Virus record (IMG/VR): IMGVR_UViG_2974528200_000001
Coordinates: 1 to 64,000 of that record
DNA: 64,000 nt
Source of the DNA: a virus
Taxonomy: Duplodnaviria > Caudoviricetes
Strand: one strand, 5' to 3'
Shown: piece by piece, positions 1 through 8,773 of the stretch
Layout of the letters: every line of letters starts with the position of its first letter
How positions within the stretch are numbered: the stretch's first letter is position 1
Position numbers and translations under genes: made by a program
Notes under the pieces: model-generated
Databases searched by the model: none
The model's input: the letters and a program-made list of their open reading frames with translations, nothing else
What the model was told of the DNA's origin: nothing

Positions 1-57
1 GTGTGCTCGCGATCTGTACGGGTTCCAGGGGTTTTTTCTGGGGGGTATGCAGATACG

Positions 58-98
58 ATGAAACCCCTCGAGGAGTAGGGATCCTCGAGGGGTTTCAT
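58..98 (-). terminator. Long hairpin ending the leftward gene block
   Basis: atgaaacccctcgagga-N7-tcctcgaggggtttcat, perfect 17-bp stem just beyond the stop at 112. Confidence 0.6.
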
Positions 99-111
99 GC
101 CGCTGATGGTA

Positions 112-420
112 TCAGGCCACCGGCAGAAGGTAGAGGTAGTCACCGAACTTGACTCGAGTGAGATCCGGCAGCGAAGCACACGACGGACTCAGGACGCATT
201 CGGCCCAGCGGTTGTGGACTCTCGTCACCTCGACCTTGTACTCGTCGCTCATCCGCACGTACCCGATGAGCTCGCCGTCCTCCGGGTCGTAGACGGGCTC
301 AGGCTGTCTCGGCGACGTCCCGTAGATCATGCCCGCATTGATGCCGTGGAGCTCTCCGCGGTTGATCGCGATGGTGTAGTGGTCGATGACCGCGGCGACA
401 CGAACCTCGTCGATCCTCAC
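112..420 (-). CDS. Hypothetical protein
   Basis: ORF 112..501; GTG at 420 overlaps the upstream stop (GTGA coupling). Confidence 0.65.
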   Translation of the reverse strand: MRIDEVRVAAVIDHYTIAINRGELHGINAGMIYGTSPRQPEPVYDPEDGELIGYVRMSDEYKVEVTRVHNRWAECVLSPSCASLPDLTRVKFGDYLYLLPVA

Positions 421-662
421 TGCCAGCCCCACTCGAACATCTCGTCTTCGTACTGATCCATCTCGATCTGCTCGTCGATTCGATTGGCGCAGCTCGGACA
501 AGACGTGTTGTAGGCGTACATGTTCGCGAGTTCGTCGTGTTCCGCGAGGAGGACGTACAGGTCGCCGAGGTCCACCTTCACGGCGAGTTTGCCTCCGGGA
601 CCGGGGACGCCGGGGTTCATGACCGCATGGCGGTACACCCAGAATGGATCACGTTCACTCAC
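417..662 (-). CDS. Hypothetical protein (CxxC)
   Basis: ORF 417..803; coupled GTG start at 662. Confidence 0.6.
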   Translation of the reverse strand: MSERDPFWVYRHAVMNPGVPGPGGKLAVKVDLGDLYVLLAEHDELANMYAYNTSCPSCANRIDEQIEMDQYEDEMFEWGWQ

Positions 663-874
663 AGTTCCACCGGTCCTTCGTTTTCCATGGCCGCAAGCAG
701 GCTGAAGGTCGCGAGGTGCCACCCGTCGGACTGCCCGAGGCATTCGGTGACGCCGGCGATCTCCTCCGGGGTCAGGTCGGTGTCGATCCGTCTCGCGCAA
801 CACAGCTCGCGATCGACGTATCCGTCATCTTCGACGTGATCCTTGAACTCGATTCGTAACGTGACGAAACTCAT
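659..874 (-). CDS. Hypothetical protein
   Basis: ATG at 874 with AAGGAG SD; MSFVTLRIEF... Confidence 0.65.
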   Translation of the reverse strand: MSFVTLRIEFKDHVEDDGYVDRELCCARRIDTDLTPEEIAGVTECLGQSDGWHLATFSLLAAMENEGPVEL

Positions 875-896
875 TGGTCTCCTTGGTAGGGGTTGG

Positions 897-1067
897 TCAC
901 AGCTGGTTCCACCTCTCGCTCGGCCACGTGTGGTCACCCATGCCGCGGTGGACCTGGAAGTGGCCTTCGGGCAGTCGGCAGACGTGTAGGTAGCAGGGGT
1001 AGATCGCGTCGTCACCCTCGCCAACCTGGGTGGTGACGAGGTCACGCGCAGTGCATCGTTGCGTCAC
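897..1067 (-). CDS. Small hypothetical protein (56 aa, Cys/His-rich), not in ORF track
   Basis: GTG coupled to stop of 1064..1327; MTQRCTARDL...CYLHVCRLPEGH...WNQL. Confidence 0.55.
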   Translation of the reverse strand: MTQRCTARDLVTTQVGEGDDAIYPCYLHVCRLPEGHFQVHRGMGDHTWPSERWNQL

Positions 1068-1327
1068 GGCTGCTCCATGAAGTACGCGGTGGCGGATTCG
1101 TTGAAGATGGCGGTGAGTAGCTCGTCGAGGTCGACGGTGTGCTCCCGGACGTCTCTGGTGCCGCCGTAGACCCCGAAGCTGAGGGCGACGACCATGTGTC
1201 CACTGAAGTTCGACTTCACGTCATACCGGCTGAAGGTGTAGTGCTCGCCGAAGTCTCGGCGCAGATCGTTGTACTGGTTCTCGATCTGCATCGCGTACTC
1301 GTGCAGCACTTTCCCGATCACGTTCAT
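1064..1327 (-). CDS. Hypothetical protein
   Basis: 87-aa ORF with GAGG SD; first gene of the leftward block. Confidence 0.7.
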   Translation of the reverse strand: MNVIGKVLHEYAMQIENQYNDLRRDFGEHYTFSRYDVKSNFSGHMVVALSFGVYGGTRDVREHTVDLDELLTAIFNESATAYFMEQP

Positions 1328-1352
1328 GTGTGTGTTTCCTCTCTATCTACTC

Positions 1353-1371
1353 ATCTAATGCTACAGTAGAC
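1353..1371. promoter_or_regulatory. Operator-like palindrome TCTA-N9-TAGA between divergent genes
   Basis: atctaatgctacagtagac; same motif recurs at other intergenic sites. Confidence 0.55.
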
Positions 1372-1373
1372 GC

Positions 1374-1661
1374 ATGACGAACGAAGAGCTTTACCCGCTG
1401 TATGAGGGCGTCACCTCGGATGGTGATGTGATCGTCTCGTTCTACCCGCAGGCTCGCGAAAAGGGGACCGATGAGACGTCATATCGGCCTATCCATGTGG
1501 TGCCGATGAATGACCCGGACAACCCGCATGTCGCTTCTGAGGATTGCTTCTGCATCCCGCGGTTGGCGATGGAGGAGACCGAGAAGGCCGTCTACTGGGT
1601 CTACCGCCACGGTTGGGCCAAGGAGCGCACACAGCCGCTAGGGATCGGGAGCAACGGCTAG
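1374..1661 (+). CDS. Hypothetical protein
   Basis: 95-aa ORF. Confidence 0.65.
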   Translation: MTNEELYPLYEGVTSDGDVIVSFYPQAREKGTDETSYRPIHVVPMNDPDNPHVASEDCFCIPRLAMEETEKAVYWVYRHGWAKERTQPLGIGSNG

Positions 1662-1969
1662 TGGGCTGGGGTGAGCCACTCACGCCCGAGTGGCGTCGCA
1701 ACCGTCCGATCATCCTCAAGCGCGCGAACTACCAATGCCAGCTGAGGTGGAAGGGCTGCACAGGCGAGGCGACCGAGGCTGACCACATCATCAACCGCGA
1801 CTCCTGGCCCTACGACAAGCCTGGCCGCGACGAGGTGAGCAACGGCCAAGCCCTATGCCACGCGTGCCATGTGAAGAAGACGTCATACGAGCAGCAACGT
1901 AAGCGAAGGAAGAACAAGGAGGTTTTGAAGCACCGATGGACGCGACTACCACACCCAGGCATGAGGTGA
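1661..1969 (+). CDS. HNH endonuclease (packaging-associated type)
   Basis: CQL..GC, ADHI, N.QALCHACH; GTG start overlapping upstream TAG. Confidence 0.85.
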   Translation: MGWGEPLTPEWRRNRPIILKRANYQCQLRWKGCTGEATEADHIINRDSWPYDKPGRDEVSNGQALCHACHVKKTSYEQQRKRRKNKEVLKHRWTRLPHPGMR

Positions 1970-1973
1970 TTGC

Positions 1974-2768
1974 ATGAGGACACTCCTGATCGGTTCCGCC
2001 GCGGCACAGAAGCTGATCCCATCCTGGCGTGACCCGAAGGACTGGGACTACTTCTCCGACGTCGGCCTGAAGTTCGGGAACGACCCTGTCCGCCGTGACG
2101 TGTTCTGGCACGCTGGCCTCGAGGAGATCTTGCCCGAAGGTACCTGCCGCTCAGCCAATCTCGACGAGCTCTACACGATCAAGTTCAGCCACTCCTACTG
2201 GGAGCTGCGCAACGGATCGTGGTCCAAGCACATGGCCGACCTATTGAAGATGAAAGAGGCTGGGGCGCAACTGATCCCGGAGTGGCATGATGTGCTATAC
2301 AAGATCTGGGAAGACACCCACGGCAAGAAGGTCGTCGATCTGACGAAGGAAGCCGACGAGTTCTTCTCCGACGCAGTGAAGCGCGTCTACGAGCATGACT
2401 CGATCCACGAGTCCATGGCGTACAACGGCGACCGTCCGCTGTACGAGCAGTTCCTACTCCCCGGCAAGACCGTCCAGATGGACATGGCCGCGGTATGGGA
2501 TGCCCCGTTGGATGTGCAGCTCAACATGTTCCGTGAGGAAATCTACGTGACCGCACTCGAGCGGCTCGTCATCCCCGCGGACTACCAGTACTCGCCGGGT
2601 CGCGCCTACCAGTGGGCCCTGCGACGCACGATCACGAGCCTCACCAAGGGCCGTAGCGCGCGATTCCTGGTGGAGCACTTCGACGTCCTGGCCAGACCGG
2701 ACATCAACTACGTGAAGTTCCACCTGGACAACAAGCACAAGCTGATCAAATTGGAGGAAGCAGCATGA
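1974..2768 (+). CDS. Putative pol-beta-fold nucleotidyltransferase-like protein
   Basis: N-terminal LLIGSAAA...DWDYF matches the hG[GS]..DhD signature. Confidence 0.55.
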   Translation: MRTLLIGSAAAQKLIPSWRDPKDWDYFSDVGLKFGNDPVRRDVFWHAGLEEILPEGTCRSANLDELYTIKFSHSYWELRNGSWSKHMADLLKMKEAGAQLIPEWHDVLYKIWEDTHGKKVVDLTKEADEFFSDAVKRVYEHDSIHESMAYNGDRPLYEQFLLPGKTVQMDMAAVWDAPLDVQLNMFREEIYVTALERLVIPADYQYSPGRAYQWALRRTITSLTKGRSARFLVEHFDVLARPDINYVKFHLDNKHKLIKLEEAA

Positions 2769-3145
2769 GTTACACCGCAGACGATCTCGACATCGCCATC
2801 GCCAAGCTGGGTTACAGCGGCCCGAACCGCAAACAGGTCGAGTGCTGGGAAGACTACGTGGACGAGGGTTGGTCGTGGGCCGAGAATCGGTTCTACTTCA
2901 GCGATGGCCCATTCGAGACCGAGTACGGCACCGTCCGCAAGGTGGACGACTTCGGTGGCGAGGGGCTGGGGAACCAGTACTGGCTCGTCGTCTCGGTCAC
3001 CGATGACGCCGGCGAGGTCCGCCACTTCAAGCGGTGCGGATACCACCAATCCCACTACGGATCCGAACTCGACGGCCCCACCCTCGAGGTCGAGCCAGCA
3101 CAGCAGACCATCACGGTCTGGAACACCAAGGAGGAGAGCAAGTGA
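2765..3145 (+). CDS. Hypothetical protein (paralog A)
   Basis: ATGA coupling; C-terminus similar to next gene. Confidence 0.75.
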   Translation: MSYTADDLDIAIAKLGYSGPNRKQVECWEDYVDEGWSWAENRFYFSDGPFETEYGTVRKVDDFGGEGLGNQYWLVVSVTDDAGEVRHFKRCGYHQSHYGSELDGPTLEVEPAQQTITVWNTKEESK

Positions 3146-3606
3146 GCTACACCATCAAGGACATCAACGAGTACGTCCAGGATTACGATTCGCCCACCGA
3201 CGGTAGCTGGCGTGATTTCGAGGAGCTCATCCAGGCAGATTCAGCGCCGGTCCAGAACCCGAAGCCCGAGGAGATCAAAGAGGGTGAATGGGTCGACGAC
3301 GAGGGCTGGCTGCACGAGCCCAAGCGGGACGGTCGCAACTGGTCGTTCCGGGCCCTTCGCCCTCAGGGCTACACCGGCCTCAAGATCCCCGGCATTGGTC
3401 TTGCCACCCTCGAGGAGTCCCACGGAGGCTTCGAGGGTGCCGGCGAGAGCATGTGGATGGTCTTCAAGATCGCCGATGACGAGGGCAACGTGCGCTACTT
3501 CCGCCGCGAGGGTTGGTACGCGTCCTACGACGGTGGTCACTACGACGGTCCGACCGTGGAGGTGCGACCAGCCGAGAAGGTGGTCACCGTCTTCGAGGCC
3601 ATCTAG
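3142..3606 (+). CDS. Hypothetical protein (paralog B)
   Basis: GTG at 3142 after GGAGGAG; shares GG.EG.G..W.V....DD.G.VR.F.R.G...S..G...DGPT.EV.PA with paralog A. Confidence 0.75.
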   Translation: MSYTIKDINEYVQDYDSPTDGSWRDFEELIQADSAPVQNPKPEEIKEGEWVDDEGWLHEPKRDGRNWSFRALRPQGYTGLKIPGIGLATLEESHGGFEGAGESMWMVFKIADDEGNVRYFRREGWYASYDGGHYDGPTVEVRPAEKVVTVFEAI

Positions 3607-3625
3607 TCCTTGCGTCTGGTGTACT

Positions 3626-3644
3626 GTCTAATGTACACTTAGAG
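3626..3644. promoter_or_regulatory. Operator-like palindrome upstream of tRNA cluster
   Basis: gtctaatgtacacttagag. Confidence 0.55.
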
Positions 3645-3656
3645 TGCGCGTGGATA

Positions 3657-3736
3657 ACCTCGGTAGCTCAATGGCAGAGCGGGCGGGATCCCAGAAACAA
3701 GTGGCAGAGATGTGGGTTCGAATCCCACCCGAGGCC
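3657..3736 (+). pseudogene. tRNA-like element lacking a paired anticodon arm
   Basis: Acceptor cctcgg/ccgagg, D-arm gctc-aatggca-gagc, T-arm gtggg-ttcgaat-cccac; 31-nt centre cannot form an anticodon stem. Confidence 0.6.
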
Positions 3737-3749
3737 CTATCCACGACGT

Positions 3750-3822
3750 ATGGGCGTAGCTCAATTGGAAGAGCAGCGGTCTCCAAAACCGCCGGTTGTA
3801 GGTTCGAGTCCTGCCGCCTGTG
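3750..3822 (+). tRNA. tRNA-Trp(CCA), no encoded CCA end
   Basis: Cloverleaf; anticodon arm gcggt-ctCCAaa-accgc; T-loop ttcgagt. Confidence 0.9.
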
Positions 3823-3894
3823 CTTGGTGTCGAAACTCTTTCGGCTCCGGTTCTCACAGTGACTCCAAATAAAACATGAGTAACCGGGCATCAT

Positions 3895-3969
3895 CGGCGT
3901 GTAGCTCAGATTGGTGAGAGCGCTCGGTTGAAACCCGAGAGGTCGCAGGTTCGAGTCCTGCCGCGCCGG
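3895..3969 (+). tRNA. tRNA-Phe(GAA), no encoded CCA end
   Basis: ctcgg-ttGAAac-ccgag; gcagg-ttcgagt-cctgc. Confidence 0.9.
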
Positions 3970-4011
3970 CCTCCCCCTGCCCTCTGATGCCGCATTGCCA
4001 CTTCGGCGCGC

Positions 4012-4081
4012 GGCTCAAGGTATGGACCAGGCCGGCCTGATCAGCCGGAACCAGTCCACACGATTCCGGGTCGTGGGGGCT
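4012..4081 (+). ncRNA. Non-canonical cloverleaf-like element with a GAU loop
   Basis: ccggc-ctGATca-gccgg and cacga-ttccggg-tcgtg hairpins; weak acceptor ggctc/gggct. Confidence 0.3.
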
Positions 4082-4089
4082 TAAACACT

Positions 4090-4172
4090 GGAGAGTATGC
4101 CCACGGTGGGCACGCGGTTTCGAACACCGCTATACGGTATCCATTCCGGGGGTTCAACTCCTCTGCTCTCCG
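4090..4172 (+). tRNA. tRNA-Ser(CGA), long variable arm, no encoded CCA end
   Basis: ggagagt/gctctcc acceptor; gcggt-ttCGAac-accgc. Confidence 0.85.
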
Positions 4173-4257
4173 CGTTGCCGGTGCCGACGGTGCGGGAACC
4201 AACACATATCGGGTTCCATCGGCTGTCCTGGGCATTGACACCAAAAAGGCCCCCCAT

Positions 4258-4333
4258 TTCGACGTAGCTCAATTGGCAGAGCGTCCGACTGTTAATCGGA
4301 TGGTTGAAGGTTCGAGTCCTTCCGTCGGAGCCA
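4258..4333 (+). tRNA. tRNA-Asn(GTT) with encoded CCA
   Basis: tccga-ctGTTaa-tcgga; ends gCCA. Confidence 0.92.
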
Positions 4334-4408
4334 GCCTGGCCCATCCCCAGACCTTTCTGAACACCGCATTCCCGCGGTGTCTTTTGTGGTATCTGCAGGA
4401 GGTCTGCA

Positions 4409-4645
4409 ATGTCCGACGAAAACAACCTCGATGTGTACGAGGTGTCCAAGCTGTCGGTTGTCCGCTATCTGGGCATCGACGGCACCTTCTTCACGGACGT
4501 GTACTGGGAAGACTTCCGCGGCGGTGACGATCTGACCTTCGAAGAGAAGATCGCGCTGGTCGAGAGGGCCCGTCAGAACGCGTACATGTCCGAGATGGAT
4601 TACGAGATCGTCGACTGGGACGAGGACGACGACGATGAAGACTGA
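4409..4645 (+). CDS. Acidic hypothetical protein
   Basis: 78-aa ORF with AGGAGG SD. Confidence 0.7.
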   Translation: MSDENNLDVYEVSKLSVVRYLGIDGTFFTDVYWEDFRGGDDLTFEEKIALVERARQNAYMSEMDYEIVDWDEDDDDED

Positions 4646-4677
4646 GGGCTTGATGTAGCCACCTCAAGCCAAAAGAC

Positions 4678-4705
4678 TTGAACCCGTCTAGGTAGACCTT
4701 AGACT
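4678..4705 (+). promoter_or_regulatory. Candidate promoter (TTGAAC-N16-TAGACT) overlapped by GTCTA-N9-TAGAC palindrome
   Basis: Sequence at 4678-4705, upstream of the packaging operon. Confidence 0.4.
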
Positions 4706-4932
4706 AAAAGAGTGGGGTGCTAGCAGGCCATCCCCGGTCACGAGTACTGCGAACGACCCAAAACCGCCTGCGAAAAGAGATAAGTCCCAGCTCTTGGGCA
4801 ATTTCACTGGCGCGCTTCTGGATCCGACATGGATCGTGCGCCACCTTCGCAAGTTCCGACAGGGAGCGCTCATATGTCTCGAATCAAACACGCATGCCTC
4901 ATGCGTGTCTTTGTCGTACCTGGGGGTGGGTG

Positions 4933-5409
4933 ATGGCTGCACAGAAGCCTGGACCACCTCCGACTGGCAACGCCGTCCGCCGCAACAAGGACCCGAACCT
5001 GCAGCAGCAGGACTGGTCCACTGTCGATCCGTCCCTTCATGATTGGGACTATCCCGAGATCCCCGACTGGATCGACTCCACTCCGCGCACGGAGGCCGTC
5101 TACGAGTTCCTGATGACCCTTCCCCAGAGCCGCACGTGGCGACAGGGTGAGTGGTTCCAGATCTGGATGGCCCTGCCAACCATTGAGCGCTATTTCTCTC
5201 GGCCAGGTGGCGAGACGCTGAAGAGCATCATGGGGCTGCTCAACGTCGGCCTCAACCTGACCCAGGCCGACATGGCCAAGGCCCGCATGAAGTTCAAGGA
5301 AGCAGACCCCGTCGAGGAAGAACTCGAGGGTGCGACGAAGGCCAAGGTAGTCGACCTGGAAGCGAGGAAGAAGCGGCTCACGATGCCGTCCGACTCGGAC
5401 GGTGACTGA
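4933..5409 (+). CDS. Terminase small subunit
   Basis: Directly upstream of TerL; GPPP..NAVRRN N-terminus typical of actinophage TerS. Confidence 0.75.
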   Translation: MAAQKPGPPPTGNAVRRNKDPNLQQQDWSTVDPSLHDWDYPEIPDWIDSTPRTEAVYEFLMTLPQSRTWRQGEWFQIWMALPTIERYFSRPGGETLKSIMGLLNVGLNLTQADMAKARMKFKEADPVEEELEGATKAKVVDLEARKKRLTMPSDSDGD

Positions 5410-7157
5410 TGCCGCACGAGATCTTCCACAACGACCAGATGGACCTGAATCGGTCCCTGGGTTGGCTCGCCGTCGACTGGATTGAGTCACTGTGCGTCCG
5501 CGGTAACGGCGACGTCATCGGACAGCCGGTGGAGCACCTGATCGACGACTACGCGCGCTTCATCGTCATGGCCTACTCGATCGACGATGAGGGCAAGCTC
5601 CTTCACACGTCGTCATTCCTGTCTCGAGCAAAGGGCTGGGGTAAGTCTGAGATCGCCGCATTCGTCGGCCTTTTCGACGCTCTAGGCCCGTCACGCTTCG
5701 ACCACTACGCAGAAGCGGGGGAGACCTACGTCTGCCCCTACGGCACCGGCTACGTCTACCACTACAGCGAGGGCGAGCCGGTCGGCAAGAAGATGAACAC
5801 CCCGATCGTGCAGTGTGTGGCCACCGAAGAGGGTCAGGCCGGCGAGGTTTACTCCACGATCCACATGAACTGCAACGAAGGTCCACTCGCAGTGGCCTTC
5901 CCGGACAAACGCGACGTCGGTCTGACGAGGATCAACGTCCCCGGTGGTGGCTTCATCAAGCCCATCACCGCGAGTGGCGACTCGAAGGACGGTGGCAAGA
6001 CCACCCTCGCCCTCCTGGACGAGACGCACCTCTGGAAGACGCCAGAGCTTCAGAACCTGTACAAGACGATCGACCGTAACCTGCAGAAGCGCCGCGGTAC
6101 CGCCGGCACGTTCATGCTCGAGACCTCGACCATGTTCGGCCAGGGCGAGAACTCGGTTGCTGAGCAGGCCTACGACGCCATCCAGACGATCCGTGAGGGC
6201 AAGTTCAAGGGCCGCATTCGCCAGCTCTTCGATCACCGTTACGGACACATCGACCCCGACGACCTCGGCGACCCGGACAAGGTGCGCGAGGCTCTGATCG
6301 ACTCGTACAACGAGGCCCTGGGATGGAACGACCTCGAGTCCATGGTGGACCAGGTCATGGACCTCCGTTCGGGCGCAGACGTCACCGCAACCTACCGCTA
6401 CTGGTTCAACGACAAGTTCGCCGTCGAAGCCGCGTTCCTGGCCCCCTGGGAATGGGAGTCGGTCGGACCCAAGGCATTCAACGACGACCCGGACGACGAG
6501 AACCACTTTCCGACACCGAACCCCATCAAGCCAGGGGACGTCATCGCCCTCGGCTTCGACGGTTCGCGCAAACGAACCCGCGGCGTCACCGACTCCACTG
6601 CCCTGGTGGCGGTGCGTGTCCGCGACGGTGCGTGCTTCCCGATCCGCATCTGGGAACAGCCACCCGACTACCACGGCACTGACGGCTGGGAAGCCCCGGT
6701 CGCCGAGGTCGACGCAATGGTGCGCCACGCGTTCAAGACCTACCGTGTGGTCGCCTTCTACGCCGACCCGGCCTACTGGACACCCACAGTGGCCGATTGG
6801 GAAGCAAAGTTCGGACATCACCTGCCCGTCAAGGCTTCTCAGCAGCACCCGATCGAGAAGTGGATGACCGGTAGCTCGGTCGCCAAGCGCACCGTCGACA
6901 TGATCGACAAGTTCGAACAGGCAGTGCTCAACAAGGAGCTCTACCACTTCGACGACCCTCAACTCACCAGCCACATCCTCAACTGTCGACGCAAAGAGTC
7001 CAACGCTGGACGTCAGCTCGGCAAGGAAACCCCCAACAGCCCCAAGAAGATTGACGCGGCCATCGCGCTGATCCTCGCCTGGCAAGCCCGCCTCGATGCC
7101 GTCGCTAAGGGCGTGGGCATGGCACCGCCGAAGCGCGTTGCCTACAGACTTCGCTAA
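5409..7157 (+). CDS. Terminase large subunit
   Basis: Walker A RAKGWGKS, Walker B LLDETH, nuclease GFDGS and KIDAAIA. Confidence 0.95.
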   Translation: MPHEIFHNDQMDLNRSLGWLAVDWIESLCVRGNGDVIGQPVEHLIDDYARFIVMAYSIDDEGKLLHTSSFLSRAKGWGKSEIAAFVGLFDALGPSRFDHYAEAGETYVCPYGTGYVYHYSEGEPVGKKMNTPIVQCVATEEGQAGEVYSTIHMNCNEGPLAVAFPDKRDVGLTRINVPGGGFIKPITASGDSKDGGKTTLALLDETHLWKTPELQNLYKTIDRNLQKRRGTAGTFMLETSTMFGQGENSVAEQAYDAIQTIREGKFKGRIRQLFDHRYGHIDPDDLGDPDKVREALIDSYNEALGWNDLESMVDQVMDLRSGADVTATYRYWFNDKFAVEAAFLAPWEWESVGPKAFNDDPDDENHFPTPNPIKPGDVIALGFDGSRKRTRGVTDSTALVAVRVRDGACFPIRIWEQPPDYHGTDGWEAPVAEVDAMVRHAFKTYRVVAFYADPAYWTPTVADWEAKFGHHLPVKASQQHPIEKWMTGSSVAKRTVDMIDKFEQAVLNKELYHFDDPQLTSHILNCRRKESNAGRQLGKETPNSPKKIDAAIALILAWQARLDAVAKGVGMAPPKRVAYRLR

Positions 7158-7165
7158 GGAGCACC

Positions 7166-8773
7166 ATGGAAGCCGAGCCGCAGCCGGAAACCCCGGAGTA
7201 CACGTTCATCCAACTCATGGAGAAGATGAACGAGGATCTCCCGGAGAACGAGCGCGTCCAGTCCCCGTATGCACCCTCCACGCGCCAGGAGCGCCTGGAT
7301 TTGCTGTGGGACTACATCATTGGCAACCCGCCACTGCCTCAGGTGGCCGATCGCTACGCAGACATCTTCCGTCAGGTCATGCGCAAGGCCCGATCCAACT
7401 GGGCCCTGCTCATCGTCGAGTCGATGGTCGACCGATCGCGCATCAACTCGGTGTCAACCGAAGCTGACGCCGACTTCGACGGTGACGACGTCGCACGCCG
7501 CATCCACGACTTCTCCGGGTTCGGTGCGTTCCTGTCTGACCTGCAGACCCACCTGTTCTGCTTCGGTGAGGCCTACGCCCGCGTCCTCAAGCCCGAGGAA
7601 GTCCTCGGTGACGACCCCGAGTCGCCGGCACACGGCCCCGAAGGCACCCCGCCGATGTTCGTCGTCGAGGACCCGCGCAACTGCGTGGGCCTGGACGATC
7701 CACAGCGCCCCGGCAAGCTCCGGGCGTGGGTGAAGGTCTGGGACGACGAGGCCCTCGACCAGCAGGTCGCGGTCATGTACTGGAACTCGGTGCAGTACAT
7801 CGCCCGCCGCGAAGAGGGTGCCACCTCAGAGACTTTCGACCCTGAAGAGTGGGACTGGACGTCCGGTGTCGAGGGCGAGTCCCCGCAGACCGCGATGCCC
7901 GAGCTTGCCGGCTACGGCGGAGTCCCGGTCGTGAAGTTCAGCAACAAGATGGCCATGGGCGAGTTCGAGCCGCACCTGGATGTCCTGGACCGCCTGATGG
8001 ATCAGACCCTGCAGCGCATCGTCATCGCCTGGTACCAGAGCTTCAAGCAGCGCGCCGTCATCGGCAACCTGGACGGCGGCGAGGACTACTCGGAGTCCGA
8101 CCAGGTCAACTCGCTGATCCGCGACATGCGTAACGGCGACTCGGGTGAGCTTCAGAGCCTGTTCGAGGCCGATCCGGGTGCCCTGTGGGTTGTCCCCGAG
8201 GGTGTCCAGTTCTGGGAGTCCTCGGAGGCCCAGCTCGAGCCGATCCAGCTGGCTCACCGCGACGATCTGCGTGAGCTTGCCGCGGCGTCCCGTACTCCTC
8301 TCTCGATGTTCCACCCGGACGGTGCAAACCAGACGGCGCAGGGCTCGGAGATGCAGGAGAAGGCTCACGTCGACAAGATCCAGGATCGCCAGGCCCGCAT
8401 GAACCAGGGTCTCGCGCTGCTGCATCAGATCGGGTTCGCTTACCTGCAGGATGAGCCGCGCACGGTCGGCGTCCGGGTTAACTGGGCCAACGCATCGCGC
8501 ATGTCGATGCAGATCATGGCCGATGCGACCCAGGCGACCGTCGGTGTCCTGAGCCGCAAGCGTCAGCTCATCCACATCTGGGGTATGACGCCGGAAGAGG
8601 TGCGCCTCAACGAGACTGAGCTGCTGCAGGAGCAGATGATGGCCCAGTCCATGGCGATCGACACCACGGCAACCGCCGACGCCGGCGACTCCGGCACTGC
8701 CACTGCCGAGCAAGAGCCCGCGGCGAACGAGCAGAACGCCGAGCAGGAGACCGCAACCGCAGGGGCTGAGTGA
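7166..8773 (+). CDS. Portal protein
   Basis: Follows TerL; 535 aa; GVPVVKF.N..GEFE motif. Confidence 0.9.
   Translation: MEAEPQPETPEYTFIQLMEKMNEDLPENERVQSPYAPSTRQERLDLLWDYIIGNPPLPQVADRYADIFRQVMRKARSNWALLIVESMVDRSRINSVSTEADADFDGDDVARRIHDFSGFGAFLSDLQTHLFCFGEAYARVLKPEEVLGDDPESPAHGPEGTPPMFVVEDPRNCVGLDDPQRPGKLRAWVKVWDDEALDQQVAVMYWNSVQYIARREEGATSETFDPEEWDWTSGVEGESPQTAMPELAGYGGVPVVKFSNKMAMGEFEPHLDVLDRLMDQTLQRIVIAWYQSFKQRAVIGNLDGGEDYSESDQVNSLIRDMRNGDSGELQSLFEADPGALWVVPEGVQFWESSEAQLEPIQLAHRDDLRELAAASRTPLSMFHPDGANQTAQGSEMQEKAHVDKIQDRQARMNQGLALLHQIGFAYLQDEPRTVGVRVNWANASRMSMQIMADATQATVGVLSRKRQLIHIWGMTPEEVRLNETELLQEQMMAQSMAIDTTATADAGDSGTATAEQEPAANEQNAEQETATAGAE

Noticed and set aside
417-1661. Shared WVYRH pentapeptide in two divergent small genes
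   Set aside because: Too short, with no further similarity.
3513-4527. ORFs overlapping the tRNA cluster
   Set aside because: They overlap well-formed tRNA genes.
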